Source: Solobacterium sp. (GTDB taxonomy: Bacteria > Bacillota_I > Bacilli_A > Erysipelotrichales > Erysipelotrichaceae). Taken from it: a DNA stretch of 64,000 nucleotides. The first letter of the stretch is position 1. Every line of letters begins with the position of its first letter. Below the pieces are notes generated by a model, which was not told the DNA's origin, did no database searches, and saw nothing but the letters and a program-made list of their open reading frames with translations. This document shows positions 10,450 to 20,085 of the stretch, one piece after another. Location: positions 236 to 64,235 of the forward strand of contig JAGAVW010000042.1 of NCBI GenBank assembly GCA_017941735.1, written 5' to 3'. A program made the position numbers and the translations under genes.

Positions 10450-10989
10450 AAAGGGAATGTGTTCCGCTAGTAAAAAACCAATACAAAGATAAGGCGCAAA
10501 ACGGATTGCGCCTTTTAATTGTTTATGGCGTAAGCCATAAATGATAAGCGCAAGAAAACTAGCGAAGAATAAAGCATAAATAATGTGCTCCCCACGTAAT
10601 AATGCCCATACAGATAAAAGCTTCACATCCCCATATCCTAGCCACTTTACATATGCAAAACCAAGGGTTAATAAAAGCGTTAAGCTAAAAGAGACCCAAT
10701 TGAAGCTTTGGCGTAAAAGAACGACGAATAAAATGAGTATCCAACTTAAATCAGGAATCTCTCCACAACGATAATCTGTATAAGCTGCTAGATATAAAAC
10801 TGGTATCAGTAAAACAAGATAAGGCATATGATGAGTACTTAAAAATAGACAAGTTAAAAAGCCATTGATGAAAAGCGCAAAGTAATAACGATACTTATGA
10901 TCTTCTAAGTCTTTGAATTGTACATACCAATCCGAATAGAGTTGAAACAGGATACCACTGCATAAATTAAGAATCAAAATATGGGTCAT
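10441..10989 (-). CDS. A24-family prepilin/preflagellin-type aspartic peptidase (no methyltransferase domain)
   Basis: Polytopic membrane protein with the two catalytic Asp contexts YTDYRCGEIPD and GYGDVKLL. SD ggagg 5 nt before ATG 10989. The 3' end overlaps the kinase gene by 9 nt. Confidence 0.7.
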   Translation of the reverse strand: MTHILILNLCSGILFQLYSDWYVQFKDLEDHKYRYYFALFINGFLTCLFLSTHHMPYLVLLIPVLYLAAYTDYRCGEIPDLSWILILFVVLLRQSFNWVSFSLTLLLTLGFAYVKWLGYGDVKLLSVWALLRGEHIIYALFFASFLALIIYGLRHKQLKGAIRFAPYLCIGFLLAEHIPFLH

Positions 10990-11080
10990 AATTGCCTCCA
11001 TCTATTAATTCAAGAATTCAAAGAGATTTCCTTTTTTTTCGATTTAAAGAAGTTATAATGAATGTAGGAGGAGTACATTT

Positions 11081-11623
11081 ATGAAGGACTTAAAAGGTAC
11101 AAAAACAGAACAAAACTTACAAACCGCTTTTGCAGGAGAAAGCCAAGCACGCAATAAATATGATTATTTTGCGAGTAAGGCAAAAAAAGAAGGATACGAA
11201 CAAATTGCGGCGATTTTCCAAGAAACCGCATTGAATGAAAAAGAACATGCAAAATTATGGTTTAAATATCTCCAAGGTGGTTCCATTCATGAAACAGCAG
11301 ATAATTTAGTACAAGCTTATGAAGGCGAAAACTATGAATGGACCGAAATGTATAAAGAATTTGCCGAAGTAGCAGAAGAAGAAGGCTTTGAAGAACTTGC
11401 GGCAAAATTCCGTGGAGTAGCAGCAATCGAAAAAGAACACGAAGAGCGCTATAAAAAGCTATTAGCAAATTTACAAGGCGAGAAGGTATTCCAAAAGGAT
11501 GCGGAAGTCGTTTGGAAATGCCGTAATTGTGGATATGTGGTTGTTTCTGATAAAGCACCACTTGTTTGCCCAGTCTGCAATCATCCACAAAGCTACTTTG
11601 AAGTAAGAGAAGAAAACTATTAA
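11081..11623 (+). CDS. rbr: Rubrerythrin
   Basis: Ferritin-like diiron E..EXXH motifs ([22 protein letters not shown]) plus a C-terminal rubredoxin CxxC...CxxC (CRNCG...CPVCN). Confidence 0.95.
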   Translation: MKDLKGTKTEQNLQTAFAGESQARNKYDYFASKAKKEGYEQIAAIFQETALNEKEHAKLWFKYLQGGSIHETADNLVQAYEGENYEWTEMYKEFAEVAEEEGFEELAAKFRGVAAIEKEHEERYKKLLANLQGEKVFQKDAEVVWKCRNCGYVVVSDKAPLVCPVCNHPQSYFEVREENY

Positions 11624-11638
11624 TTATAGTTGAGATTT

Positions 11639-11669
11639 AAGATGCACAATTCTGTGCATCTTTTCTTTT
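11639..11669 (+). terminator. Rho-independent terminator after rbr
   Basis: aagatgcaca / tgtgcatctt 10-bp stem, 4-nt loop, T-rich tail. Confidence 0.8.
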
Positions 11670-11679
11670 GGAGGGCAAT

Positions 11680-12486
11680 ATGGGACTATTTGATAAAAAA
11701 ATATGTGCAATATGTGGGAAAGAAATTGGTTTATTAGGCAATCGAAAATTGGCAGATGGGAATATGTGTAAGGATTGTGCGCGTTTATTGTCCCCATGGT
11801 ACAGTGACCGTAAACATTCCACCATTCAAGAAATTGAAGCGCATCTTGCCTATCGTATAGAGAATCAAAAGGCATTAGAACAATTTCATCCAACAAAGAT
11901 TCTTGGTGGCAATACAAAGGTATATATCGATGAAGCAACCAATCAGTTTCTGATTTCAAAGAATACAAACTGGAAAGAAGGAAATCCAGATATTTTCCAA
12001 TTATCGCAAGTATTAGGTGTGAATGTCGAAATCGAAGAAGAGAAAGAAGAAATCTTTACCACAAATAGTGAAGGGAAAAAGGTTAGTTATGATCCCAAAC
12101 AATATGAATTTGAATATCTCTTTCATGTGGAGATTCCAATCAACTCGGATTTTTGTGATGAATTAAGATTTGATATTACAGATGGAAAAAATCCAACAAA
12201 AGTGAATGATCCAGTTTATAAACAATATGATTATGTTGCGAAGATGATTCAAGCCTCTTTAATGCCACAATCTTATATGATTCCAGAAGAGCCATCCCAA
12301 GAACCAGAACCCATTCCTTTAAATATTGATGTATGGAAATGCGAATGTGGCGTCTTTAATAACACCGCATTTTGTGGGAATTGCGGTCGCGCTAGACCAG
12401 TCAATTGGTATTGTCCAAAATGTGGGCGTGAAAACGATACGAATTTCTGCGTCGCTTGTGGCACGAAAAAACCAAGCATGATTTAG
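11680..12486 (+). CDS. Hypothetical zinc-ribbon protein (DUF4428-like N-terminus, double zinc ribbon C-terminus)
   Basis: N-terminal CAICG...CKDC. C-terminal CECG..CGNCG and CPKCG..CVACG. SD ggaggg then ATG 11680. Confidence 0.6.
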   Translation: MGLFDKKICAICGKEIGLLGNRKLADGNMCKDCARLLSPWYSDRKHSTIQEIEAHLAYRIENQKALEQFHPTKILGGNTKVYIDEATNQFLISKNTNWKEGNPDIFQLSQVLGVNVEIEEEKEEIFTTNSEGKKVSYDPKQYEFEYLFHVEIPINSDFCDELRFDITDGKNPTKVNDPVYKQYDYVAKMIQASLMPQSYMIPEEPSQEPEPIPLNIDVWKCECGVFNNTAFCGNCGRARPVNWYCPKCGRENDTNFCVACGTKKPSMI

Positions 12487-12515
12487 TTGAGTCCTCTATT
12501 TGTCTATGCTAAAAT
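12487..12515 (+). promoter_or_regulatory. SigA-type promoter (SD-containing leader) for the TSCPD gene and possibly the ABC exporter genes
   Basis: -35 ttgagt (12487-12492), 17-nt spacer, tgc-taaaat (12507-12515). Confidence 0.55.
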
Positions 12516-12541
12516 AATCACGTTCAGAAGGAGATCCAAAC

Positions 12542-12799
12542 ATGCGTGAAACTTATGTGTATCATCCAAGTGGAGTATGTTCAACGGAAATGATTTTCGA
12601 ACTCGAAGATGGCCGAATTCAAGACTTAAAAGTAATCAATGGTTGCAATGGAAACCTAAAAGGCATTGCCGCATTATTAAAGGGCATGGAGATAGAGGAT
12701 GCGATTGGGCGCTTACAAGGAATACTTTGTGGTGTCAAACAAACTTCCTGTCCCGATCAAATCGCAAAAGCATTAAGCCAATACCAAGCCAGTCATTAG
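12542..12799 (+). CDS. Small TSCPD-domain protein (TIGR03905-like 4-Cys family), function unknown
   Basis: 85 aa; GVCSTEM...NGCNGNL...TSCPDQ motif pattern. Confidence 0.65.
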   Translation: MRETYVYHPSGVCSTEMIFELEDGRIQDLKVINGCNGNLKGIAALLKGMEIEDAIGRLQGILCGVKQTSCPDQIAKALSQYQASH

Positions 12800-12826
12800 T
12801 TCGACTGGCTTTTATTAAGGAGTTAT

Positions 12827-14635
12827 ATGACAAAACGAGCGTTTATAGGTAAGTACATGAAAGGAAACTGGTTTAAATTACTGTGCATTCTTTGCACAGC
12901 AATTTTAGCTGTTCTTTTAAACTTACTCCATCCACTTGTTTTTAGCTTTTTTATTGATAATGTCATCGACCAGCAACCTATAACCTCACCCATTATGCAA
13001 CAAATCGTTGCTCATTTAGGGGGCGTTTCCTATTTACGAAGCCATATTTGGATTGGTGGTATTGTCATCATTGCCATTTATTTCTTTTTAGGAATTGCCT
13101 TATTTATTCGTGGCTATTTAAGTGGGCGGATGAGTGAAGATATGTGCTACCATATCCGCAATGATTTATATACCCATTTACAAAAACTACCATTTCATTA
13201 TCATGTCAGCGCAAATACCGGGGATTTAGTACAACGCTGTACAAGTGATGTAGACCAGATTCGTCGTTTAACCGGAAATCAACTCCAACAAGCCATGCGT
13301 TCAATTTTTATGGTTGTTTTGGCGTGTGTTATTTTATTCCGCATTCATGTGAAAATGGCTATCCGAGCAGTCATCTTGATGCCATTTCTATTTCTTTATG
13401 CTTATTACTTCTATTTACGTAATCAAAAGGCTTTTAAGGCAAGTGATGAAAGTGAAGCCCGCATGACAACGGTCATTCAAGAAAACTTGAATGGGATTCG
13501 TGTTGTGAAAGCGTTTGGTAGAGAACAATATGAGGCAAAACAATTTGATCGAGTAAATGGAGAACATCGCGACATCACGTTCCGCATGATTGCTTTGTTA
13601 GGTGCTTATTGGTCAAGTACGGATGTCATCTGTATGATTCAAATTATGATTGTATTATTCTCAGGTATTTTTGCGGCGCGTAGTGGTGAATTAAGTATTG
13701 GGAATTTCATGGTATTTGTGTCTTATGAATCGATGATTCTTTGGCCGATTCGTCAATTAGGTCGCATTTTAGCTGATTTTGGAAAATGTAGCGTTTCGAT
13801 TGGTCGTTTGTTAGAAATCTTAAATGAAAAAGAAGAAGACCTTGTTTCTGGTATCACACCAGAAATGAAAGGGGAAATCGTCTTTGATCATGTATCGTAT
13901 CAATATGAAGATGGCACAAGTGATGTCTTAGAGGATATTTCGATGCATATTGGTGCTGGGCAAACGGTGGCGATTATTGGGCCAACAGGTTCTGGTAAAA
14001 GTACACTCGTCCATTTATTAACAGGCTTATACGATTATACTGGTGGTTCCATTCGCATTGATGGAAATGAATTGCGTAATATTCAAAAACAATATTTACG
14101 GCAAAAGGTCGGAATTGTACTCCAAGAACCTTTCTTATTTTCCAAATCCATTTATGAAAATATCCATTTGAATCATAACTGGGCAACGCGTGAAGATGTG
14201 GAGCGGGCCGCAAGAATTGCGAATGTGGATGAAGTGATTCGTGAATTTGATGAAGGTTACGAAACAATGGTTGGTGAAAAAGGGGTAACGCTTTCGGGTG
14301 GCCAAAAACAACGTGTTGCGATTGCCCGGACCATTTTAAATGATAATAAAGTATTGATTTTTGATGATTCACTGAGTGCTGTGGATACGGAAACCGATAA
14401 AGAAATCCGAGCACGCCTTAAAGAACTACAAAAACAAGTGACGACGATTATCATCACGCAACGTATTAATAGCGCCAAAGATGCGGATTGTATTTTTGTG
14501 ATTGAAAAAGGGAAGATTACATCTTCTGGTACACATGAAGAATTAATTCATCAAGAAGGTTTGTATCGTCGCATCTATGAGATTCAATCGAATTATATTG
14601 AAAGGGGTGAAGAGGATGACCGTGACACGATTTGA
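12827..14635 (+). CDS. ABC exporter half-transporter (TMD-NBD), degenerate-site subunit
   Basis: 6-TM exporter domain; [17 protein letters not shown]. Walker B LIFDDS has Asp in place of the catalytic Glu. Confidence 0.9.
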   Translation: MTKRAFIGKYMKGNWFKLLCILCTAILAVLLNLLHPLVFSFFIDNVIDQQPITSPIMQQIVAHLGGVSYLRSHIWIGGIVIIAIYFFLGIALFIRGYLSGRMSEDMCYHIRNDLYTHLQKLPFHYHVSANTGDLVQRCTSDVDQIRRLTGNQLQQAMRSIFMVVLACVILFRIHVKMAIRAVILMPFLFLYAYYFYLRNQKAFKASDESEARMTTVIQENLNGIRVVKAFGREQYEAKQFDRVNGEHRDITFRMIALLGAYWSSTDVICMIQIMIVLFSGIFAARSGELSIGNFMVFVSYESMILWPIRQLGRILADFGKCSVSIGRLLEILNEKEEDLVSGITPEMKGEIVFDHVSYQYEDGTSDVLEDISMHIGAGQTVAIIGPTGSGKSTLVHLLTGLYDYTGGSIRIDGNELRNIQKQYLRQKVGIVLQEPFLFSKSIYENIHLNHNWATREDVERAARIANVDEVIREFDEGYETMVGEKGVTLSGGQKQRVAIARTILNDNKVLIFDDSLSAVDTETDKEIRARLKELQKQVTTIIITQRINSAKDADCIFVIEKGKITSSGTHEELIHQEGLYRRIYEIQSNYIERGEEDDRDTI

Positions 14636-16469
14636 AGAAAAGACCTATAATACCGATTCTTTAGATATTGGTTTATGGAAGCGCATCTTTTCTTTAATGA
14701 AAAAACAAAAGCCTAGGTTAATTCAACTAGCGTGTTTGAATATTGTCATCGCATTATTTGATGTGGCCATTCCTTACCTCAATAAGATTGCGATTGATAC
14801 GTTTGCGAGTGGGAAAGGAAGTAACGCAGATTTGCGCTTATTTGCGATCGTTTTCATTGTAGGCTCTTTGATCCAATGCGTTGCGATTTTCTTCTATTTC
14901 TATGTTGCTGGAAAAACGGAGATGAGTAATTCTTATGAAATACGTAATTCGTTATTCCAAAAACTTCAAACCTTATCCTATGCCTATTTCGATGTAACCC
15001 CAGCGGGATGGCTTTTATCGCGTATCACAAGTGATGTGGCACGTTTATCTGAAATCTTATCTTGGTCATTAATGGATTTATTCTGGGGAATGAGTTCAAT
15101 GATTGGCGCATTAATAGTCATGTTTTGGACGAATTGGAAGCTTGCGTTAATGGTTGTGATTATCGTTCCATTTATGGCTTTGCTTTCAAATTACTTTAAT
15201 ATACGTATTTTGAAAAATTACCGCGATGTGCGGCGGGTGAATTCAAAAATCACCAATGGCTTTAGTGAAGGGATACAAGGGGCTAAAACAACCAAGACCT
15301 TGGTATTAGAAGAAGTGAACTTTAAAGAGTTTGAACAAGATACAAGCGATATGAAAAAAGCTGCCATTAAGGCTATTACGATGTCGAGTATTTTCTATCC
15401 TTGCGTCATGATGTTAAGTTCTTTTTCCTTGGCAGCGATTTTAAGCTATGGTGGTCACCAAGTATTAATTCAAGCCTTACAATTTGGAACTTTAGTCATG
15501 TTTACGGAATACGCAAGACAATTCTTTGAACCACTCAATCAGATTGCGGCAGTCGTAGCAGAATTACAAATGGCCCAAGCCAGTGCGGAGCGTATCCTAT
15601 CTTTACTTGATGAAGAGCCAAAGATTGTGGATACACCTGAAGTCATTGCGAAATATGGAACGGTATTAGAACCAAAAAAAGAAAACTATGAGCCTTTAAT
15701 TGGGGATATTCAGTTTGACCATGTTTCGTTTCATTACAATGAAAAAGAAGAAATTCTTCATGATTTTAATTTATCTGTCAAACAAGGCCAAAAGATTGCG
15801 CTTGTGGGCGAAACTGGTTCTGGTAAAAGTACCATCGTAAACTTATTGTGTCGCTTCTATGAGCCAACTAGTGGCCAAATCTTAATTGATGGGAAAGATT
15901 ATAAAGCACGTTCCATTGATTGGCTTCACCATCATATTGGCTATGTTTTACAATCCCCATTCTTATTCAGTGGCACTATCAAAGAGAATTTACGTTTTGG
16001 GAATCTAGAAGCCAGTGAAGAAGAATTAAAACATGCGTGTGCTTTGGTTGGAGCAGCATCCTTTATTGAAGAATTAGAAGACCAATATGATACAAATGTT
16101 GGGGAAGGTGGCGGAAAGCTCTCAACTGGCCAAAAACAACTCATTAGTTTTGCGCGTGCTTTAGTACGTAATCCAAGTATTTTAATCCTGGATGAAGCGA
16201 CATCTTCCGTTGATACAGAAACGGAAGTCGCAATCCAAAAAGCGATGGAAGAAGTCATGAAAGGGCGGACGAGCTTTATTGTGGCCCATCGATTGTCAAC
16301 CATCGTAAATGCGGATAAGATATTAGTGATTAAAAAGGGTAAAATTGTAGAAAGTGGAACCCATCAAGAATTGATGGATTTAAAAGGATACTACTACCGT
16401 CTTTATACCAACCAATTCCAAGAAGGCTTAGAAACGGAATTGTTAGGAAGAAAGAAGACGTTTGCGTAA
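14616..16469 (+). CDS. ABC exporter half-transporter (TMD-NBD), consensus-site subunit
   Basis: ATG 14616 after gaagagg (track start 14577); GETGSGKST, LSTGQKQL, ILILDEATS. Confidence 0.9.
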   Translation: MTVTRFEEKTYNTDSLDIGLWKRIFSLMKKQKPRLIQLACLNIVIALFDVAIPYLNKIAIDTFASGKGSNADLRLFAIVFIVGSLIQCVAIFFYFYVAGKTEMSNSYEIRNSLFQKLQTLSYAYFDVTPAGWLLSRITSDVARLSEILSWSLMDLFWGMSSMIGALIVMFWTNWKLALMVVIIVPFMALLSNYFNIRILKNYRDVRRVNSKITNGFSEGIQGAKTTKTLVLEEVNFKEFEQDTSDMKKAAIKAITMSSIFYPCVMMLSSFSLAAILSYGGHQVLIQALQFGTLVMFTEYARQFFEPLNQIAAVVAELQMAQASAERILSLLDEEPKIVDTPEVIAKYGTVLEPKKENYEPLIGDIQFDHVSFHYNEKEEILHDFNLSVKQGQKIALVGETGSGKSTIVNLLCRFYEPTSGQILIDGKDYKARSIDWLHHHIGYVLQSPFLFSGTIKENLRFGNLEASEEELKHACALVGAASFIEELEDQYDTNVGEGGGKLSTGQKQLISFARALVRNPSILILDEATSSVDTETEVAIQKAMEEVMKGRTSFIVAHRLSTIVNADKILVIKKGKIVESGTHQELMDLKGYYYRLYTNQFQEGLETELLGRKKTFA

Positions 16470-16478
16470 GGAGATTAA

Positions 16479-16937
16479 ATGGAATTAGGAATTATTGGAA
16501 TCGTCATTCTCTTGGATCAAATATCCAAGTACATCGTGCAACAAAATGCGGCGGCGATTGGTCAAATGGAAATCATTCCCAACTTTTTATATTTACGTTA
16601 CATCAAGAATACAGGGGCAGCGTGGAGTATGTTATCGAATCATACGATGTTATTGACGTTGATTTCAGTTGTTGAAATAGGGATTTTAGTTTACTTTTTG
16701 TTAGATGTACGTAAAAAGAAACAAACCTTGTATCGGATTGCGCTTAGCTTAATGATTGGTGGCGCCATTGGTAATCTCATTGACCGCGTGTCTTTTCAAT
16801 ATGTAAGAGACTTTATTGATACGTATATTTTCGGTTATGATTTTCCAGTCTTTAATATTGCGGATAGTGCGTTATGTATAGGGGCATTCTTATTGATTGT
16901 TATCCTCTTATTTGAGAAAAAGGAGAGTGAAGCATGA
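16479..16937 (+). CDS. lspA: Lipoprotein signal peptidase II
   Basis: 152 aa, 4 TM; NTGAAWS and FNIADS motifs. Confidence 0.93.
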   Translation: MELGIIGIVILLDQISKYIVQQNAAAIGQMEIIPNFLYLRYIKNTGAAWSMLSNHTMLLTLISVVEIGILVYFLLDVRKKKQTLYRIALSLMIGGAIGNLIDRVSFQYVRDFIDTYIFGYDFPVFNIADSALCIGAFLLIVILLFEKKESEA

Positions 16938-17845
16938 GCCGAATGACTTTGGTATGTGAAGAAGCAGATATTCGCATAGATAAGTATATTGCGACATATA
17001 CCGAGCTTTCGCGTACCTATGTGCAACAACTATTAGAAGAAAAGAAAGTAACCGTCAATGGCAATACAGTACGTAGTAGCTATAAAGTGAGTCTTGATGA
17101 TGTGATTGAAATAGAAGTTCCAGAAGTAGAACCGATTGCGCTTGAGGCGGAAGATATTCCCTTAGATATCCTTTATGAAGATGGGGATGTGATTGTGATT
17201 AATAAAGCAAAAGGGATGGTTGTGCATCCTGCACCTGGTGTGTACCATGGGACATTAGTCAATGCGCTTCTTTATCATTGTAAAGATTTATCGGGTATTA
17301 ATGGGAAACAACGGCCTGGTATTGTGCATCGTATTGATAAAGATACAACAGGGTGTTTGATTGTTTGTAAAAATGATTTGGCGCATGAAGCAATCGCTAA
17401 ACAAATTGAAGAAAAAACATGTCACAGAGAATATGTGGCGATTGTAAATGGGATTATCGATCATGAAAAAGGATTGGTAGATGCCCCAATTGGAAGAGAT
17501 CCACGTGATCGACAACGTATGACGGTAACGGAAAAAGGAAGTAAAGAAGCACGTACTTTATTTGAGGTGATTGAGCGTTTTCGTGAAGATACTTACATCT
17601 CATGTACACTTGAAACCGGTAGAACCCATCAAATCCGTGCCCATATGAAGTATATTGGTCATCCAGTTATGGGAGATTCGCGGTATGGTGGAACTTGTAA
17701 GTATATGGATACCCAAGAGCAAGTACTTCACGCAAGAAGTATTACCTTTGTGCATCCTCGTACACAAGATCAGATGCGTTTTGAAGCTCCATTACCAACG
17801 TATTTTGAAGAATTATTAGAGTTATTAAGAAAGGATATGCAATGA
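16934..17845 (+). CDS. rluD: 23S rRNA pseudouridine synthase, RluA/RluD family
   Basis: S4 domain and HRIDKDTTG catalytic motif; conserved lspA-rluD pairing; 4-nt overlap with lspA. Confidence 0.92.
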   Translation: MSRMTLVCEEADIRIDKYIATYTELSRTYVQQLLEEKKVTVNGNTVRSSYKVSLDDVIEIEVPEVEPIALEAEDIPLDILYEDGDVIVINKAKGMVVHPAPGVYHGTLVNALLYHCKDLSGINGKQRPGIVHRIDKDTTGCLIVCKNDLAHEAIAKQIEEKTCHREYVAIVNGIIDHEKGLVDAPIGRDPRDRQRMTVTEKGSKEARTLFEVIERFREDTYISCTLETGRTHQIRAHMKYIGHPVMGDSRYGGTCKYMDTQEQVLHARSITFVHPRTQDQMRFEAPLPTYFEELLELLRKDMQ

Positions 17846-18663
17846 CCTTAAAAACACTGTTTAAAGAGATACCAGGGACATGTATTGTAATTACGATTTG
17901 TATCATTGTCTTTTTGATGATTAATCTAGGGGTGTTTCCTGGCTTAAGTACCACAGGCCATGCGATTTTACTTGGTTGTTACTATAAACCCTTTATTTTG
18001 GCAGGGGAATGGTGGCGCTTAATTACCGTAGGTTTTGTACACATTTCTTTTTTCCATTGTTTTATGAATCTCTATGCTTTTTTTCAAATGGGAATATCTC
18101 TAGAAAATCATTATGGGACACGCAATTTCTTATTGCTATTATTCTTATCGGTACTTGGTGGAAGTTTATTCATGATGATACGACAAGGTAATGTACCCAT
18201 TGCGGTTGGTTTATCTGGTGGCTTATATGGTTGTATGGCAGCTATGGTCATGCTGATGATACGCTCTGGTTATTTAAATAATCCTAGAATTCGAAATAGT
18301 TTAATTCATACCTTTGCGATTAACCTTATGATTAACTTTATGCCTAATGTAGGTTATATGGCGCATTTAGGTGGCTTTGTGGTTGGTTTTATTCTATCCA
18401 TTGCTTTAGAGCCAAAAGCAGGAGATCGCACCCTCGCGATCAATAGTCTTGTGGCTTCCATTGCGCTATTAGGCATTCTTGGTTACTATTGTTTTACAAG
18501 AGTAGATATGGGCCAAACGCAACACTATTATGGAACAGACTTAGAAGTTCTTGCCTATGAAAAAGGGTTAGGACTGAATGATTATGCAGACCATATGAGT
18601 TTAAAATTAAATGAGCTATACAAAAATACGATTATTACCGATACATTAGAGGCGGTAAAATAG
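17842..18663 (+). CDS. Rhomboid family intramembrane serine protease
   Basis: GLSGGLYG catalytic Ser and AHLGGF His motifs; WWRLIT. Confidence 0.88.
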   Translation: MTLKTLFKEIPGTCIVITICIIVFLMINLGVFPGLSTTGHAILLGCYYKPFILAGEWWRLITVGFVHISFFHCFMNLYAFFQMGISLENHYGTRNFLLLLFLSVLGGSLFMMIRQGNVPIAVGLSGGLYGCMAAMVMLMIRSGYLNNPRIRNSLIHTFAINLMINFMPNVGYMAHLGGFVVGFILSIALEPKAGDRTLAINSLVASIALLGILGYYCFTRVDMGQTQHYYGTDLEVLAYEKGLGLNDYADHMSLKLNELYKNTIITDTLEAVK

Positions 18664-18671
18664 GAGGTATT

Positions 18672-19166
18672 ATGGGAAAACGTGAAGGGGCATTAACTTG
18701 GGAAGAGTATTTTATGGGGATCGCACATCTTTCCGCATTGCGCAGTAAAGATCCTGGCACACAAGTAGGAGCGGTGATTGTGGATGAGAATCATCGTGTG
18801 GTATCGGTTGGCTATAATGGCTTTCCCAAAGGATGTAGTGATGATGAATTCCCATGGGATAGAGAAGGGGGCATGTTAGAAACAAAATATGCCTTTGTCG
18901 TGCATGCAGAATTGAATGCAATCTTAAATAGCCCTCGTTCTGTCAAAGGTTGTGATTTATATGTCTCGTTATTCCCTTGTAATGAATGCGCGAAAGCCAT
19001 CATCCAAGCAGGCATTAAACGCATTGTCTATGAATCAGATAAATATGCGGATACAGAAGGTGTCCAAGCAAGTAAACTTATGTTATCGCGTGCAGGCGTG
19101 GAGCTCGTCCGCATTGAAAATACCATTGCTTTAGAAGTAAAAAAGATTCCTAATGAAACAAAATAG
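18672..19166 (+). CDS. comEB: dCMP deaminase (ComEB-type)
   Basis: HAELNA and PCNECAK zinc-binding cytidine/deoxycytidylate deaminase motifs. Confidence 0.9.
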   Translation: MGKREGALTWEEYFMGIAHLSALRSKDPGTQVGAVIVDENHRVVSVGYNGFPKGCSDDEFPWDREGGMLETKYAFVVHAELNAILNSPRSVKGCDLYVSLFPCNECAKAIIQAGIKRIVYESDKYADTEGVQASKLMLSRAGVELVRIENTIALEVKKIPNETK

Positions 19167-19177
19167 AATGACAAGTG

Positions 19178-20032
19178 TCATTCTATTTTTTGGGTATTTT
19201 TGAAATGGATTTTGGCGACTTCTTCTAAAGCCTTTCGCCCATGGGTTTCCACAAATTCTTTTGCGCTTTGATCTGCTAGGGCGCCACCGCCTTTGTGAAA
19301 TACCATATTCCATTTGGCTTCCATTTTTTCCATTTCCTTTAAGAAGGCATAACGCGCAAGCACAGAGGAAACCGCAACCGCTAAATATTTATCTTCTGCT
19401 TTGGTTTCAAAGTGGAGGTCTTGAACGATTTTAGGTTGTCCTTTTAAATAGCGATAATAAGAACTTTTTGGGGTGAATTGGTCAATGACACAAAAGGAAG
19501 GAAGCTTCTGTTTCTTTTGAAGGTTGAGATAGGCTTGGTTATGCAATAATGCTTTAATCGCATTTAGATTTTCACTTTGATGAACTTCGTTATACTTTTT
19601 TGGAGAAACAATCAGTAAGCTATGCGGAATGCTAGATAAAAGTTGTGGTGCTACTTTTAAGATATCTTGGTCTTTTAAGGCTTTTGAATCACGTATGCCT
19701 AAAGCATTTAAGGTATCGACTTGTTTAGCAGTAACGATGGAAGCACATACGACAACCGGTCCAAAATAATCCCCTGTTCCGACTTCATCGCTACCTGCTT
19801 GTGGATAGGTATTTAAAGTAGTTGTTTGAAAGGGGGAAGCATATATTTCCGCATCACTTCCTTGAAATACTACTTTTCCACTTTGATAACTCGTAATTGT
19901 ACAGTTTTCGACTTTCAATTGATATTCGGCATAGGGAGGGGTAATGGAAGAAAGAGAATCGTTAAAAGTCTCTTTTAATTTTGCACGTTGTTTTGGTGTT
20001 AAGGATAGAGATATTGTGTTTTGTGTACTCAT
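19178..20032 (-). CDS. rnhC: Ribonuclease HIII
   Basis: N-terminal TBP-like domain and the catalytic GSDEVGTGDYFGP motif; Bacillus-like position divergent from cvpA-mutS2. Confidence 0.92.
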   Translation of the reverse strand: MSTQNTISLSLTPKQRAKLKETFNDSLSSITPPYAEYQLKVENCTITSYQSGKVVFQGSDAEIYASPFQTTTLNTYPQAGSDEVGTGDYFGPVVVCASIVTAKQVDTLNALGIRDSKALKDQDILKVAPQLLSSIPHSLLIVSPKKYNEVHQSENLNAIKALLHNQAYLNLQKKQKLPSFCVIDQFTPKSSYYRYLKGQPKIVQDLHFETKAEDKYLAVAVSSVLARYAFLKEMEKMEAKWNMVFHKGGGALADQSAKEFVETHGRKALEEVAKIHFKNTQKIE

Positions 20033-20038
20033 GAAAGT

Positions 20039-20076
20039 ATTGTAACATACGTTTTTAATGCAGTTCGTGCTAAAAT
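20039..20076. promoter_or_regulatory. Back-to-back divergent -10 boxes for rnhC and cvpA (candidate leaderless promoters)
   Basis: Minus strand tgttacaat (20047-20039) ends 6 nt before the rnhC ATG. Plus strand tgctaaaat (20068-20076) ends 9 nt before the cvpA ATG. No SD on either side. Confidence 0.55.
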
Positions 20077-20085
20077 GATTACGTT

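Noticed and set aside
11041-11075. PerR/Fur-like box overlapping the rubrerythrin -10 (TTATAATGAATGTAG)
   Set aside because: Only the left half matches the TTATAATNATTATAA consensus, with three mismatches in the right half. It is indistinguishable from a plain TATAAT promoter in AT-rich DNA.
12577-12852. 91-aa + strand ORF overlapping the TSCPD gene in another frame
   Set aside because: It has no SD. It is basic and low-complexity, and it spans the intergenic region and the start of the ABC gene. The TSCPD frame has the recognisable family motifs.
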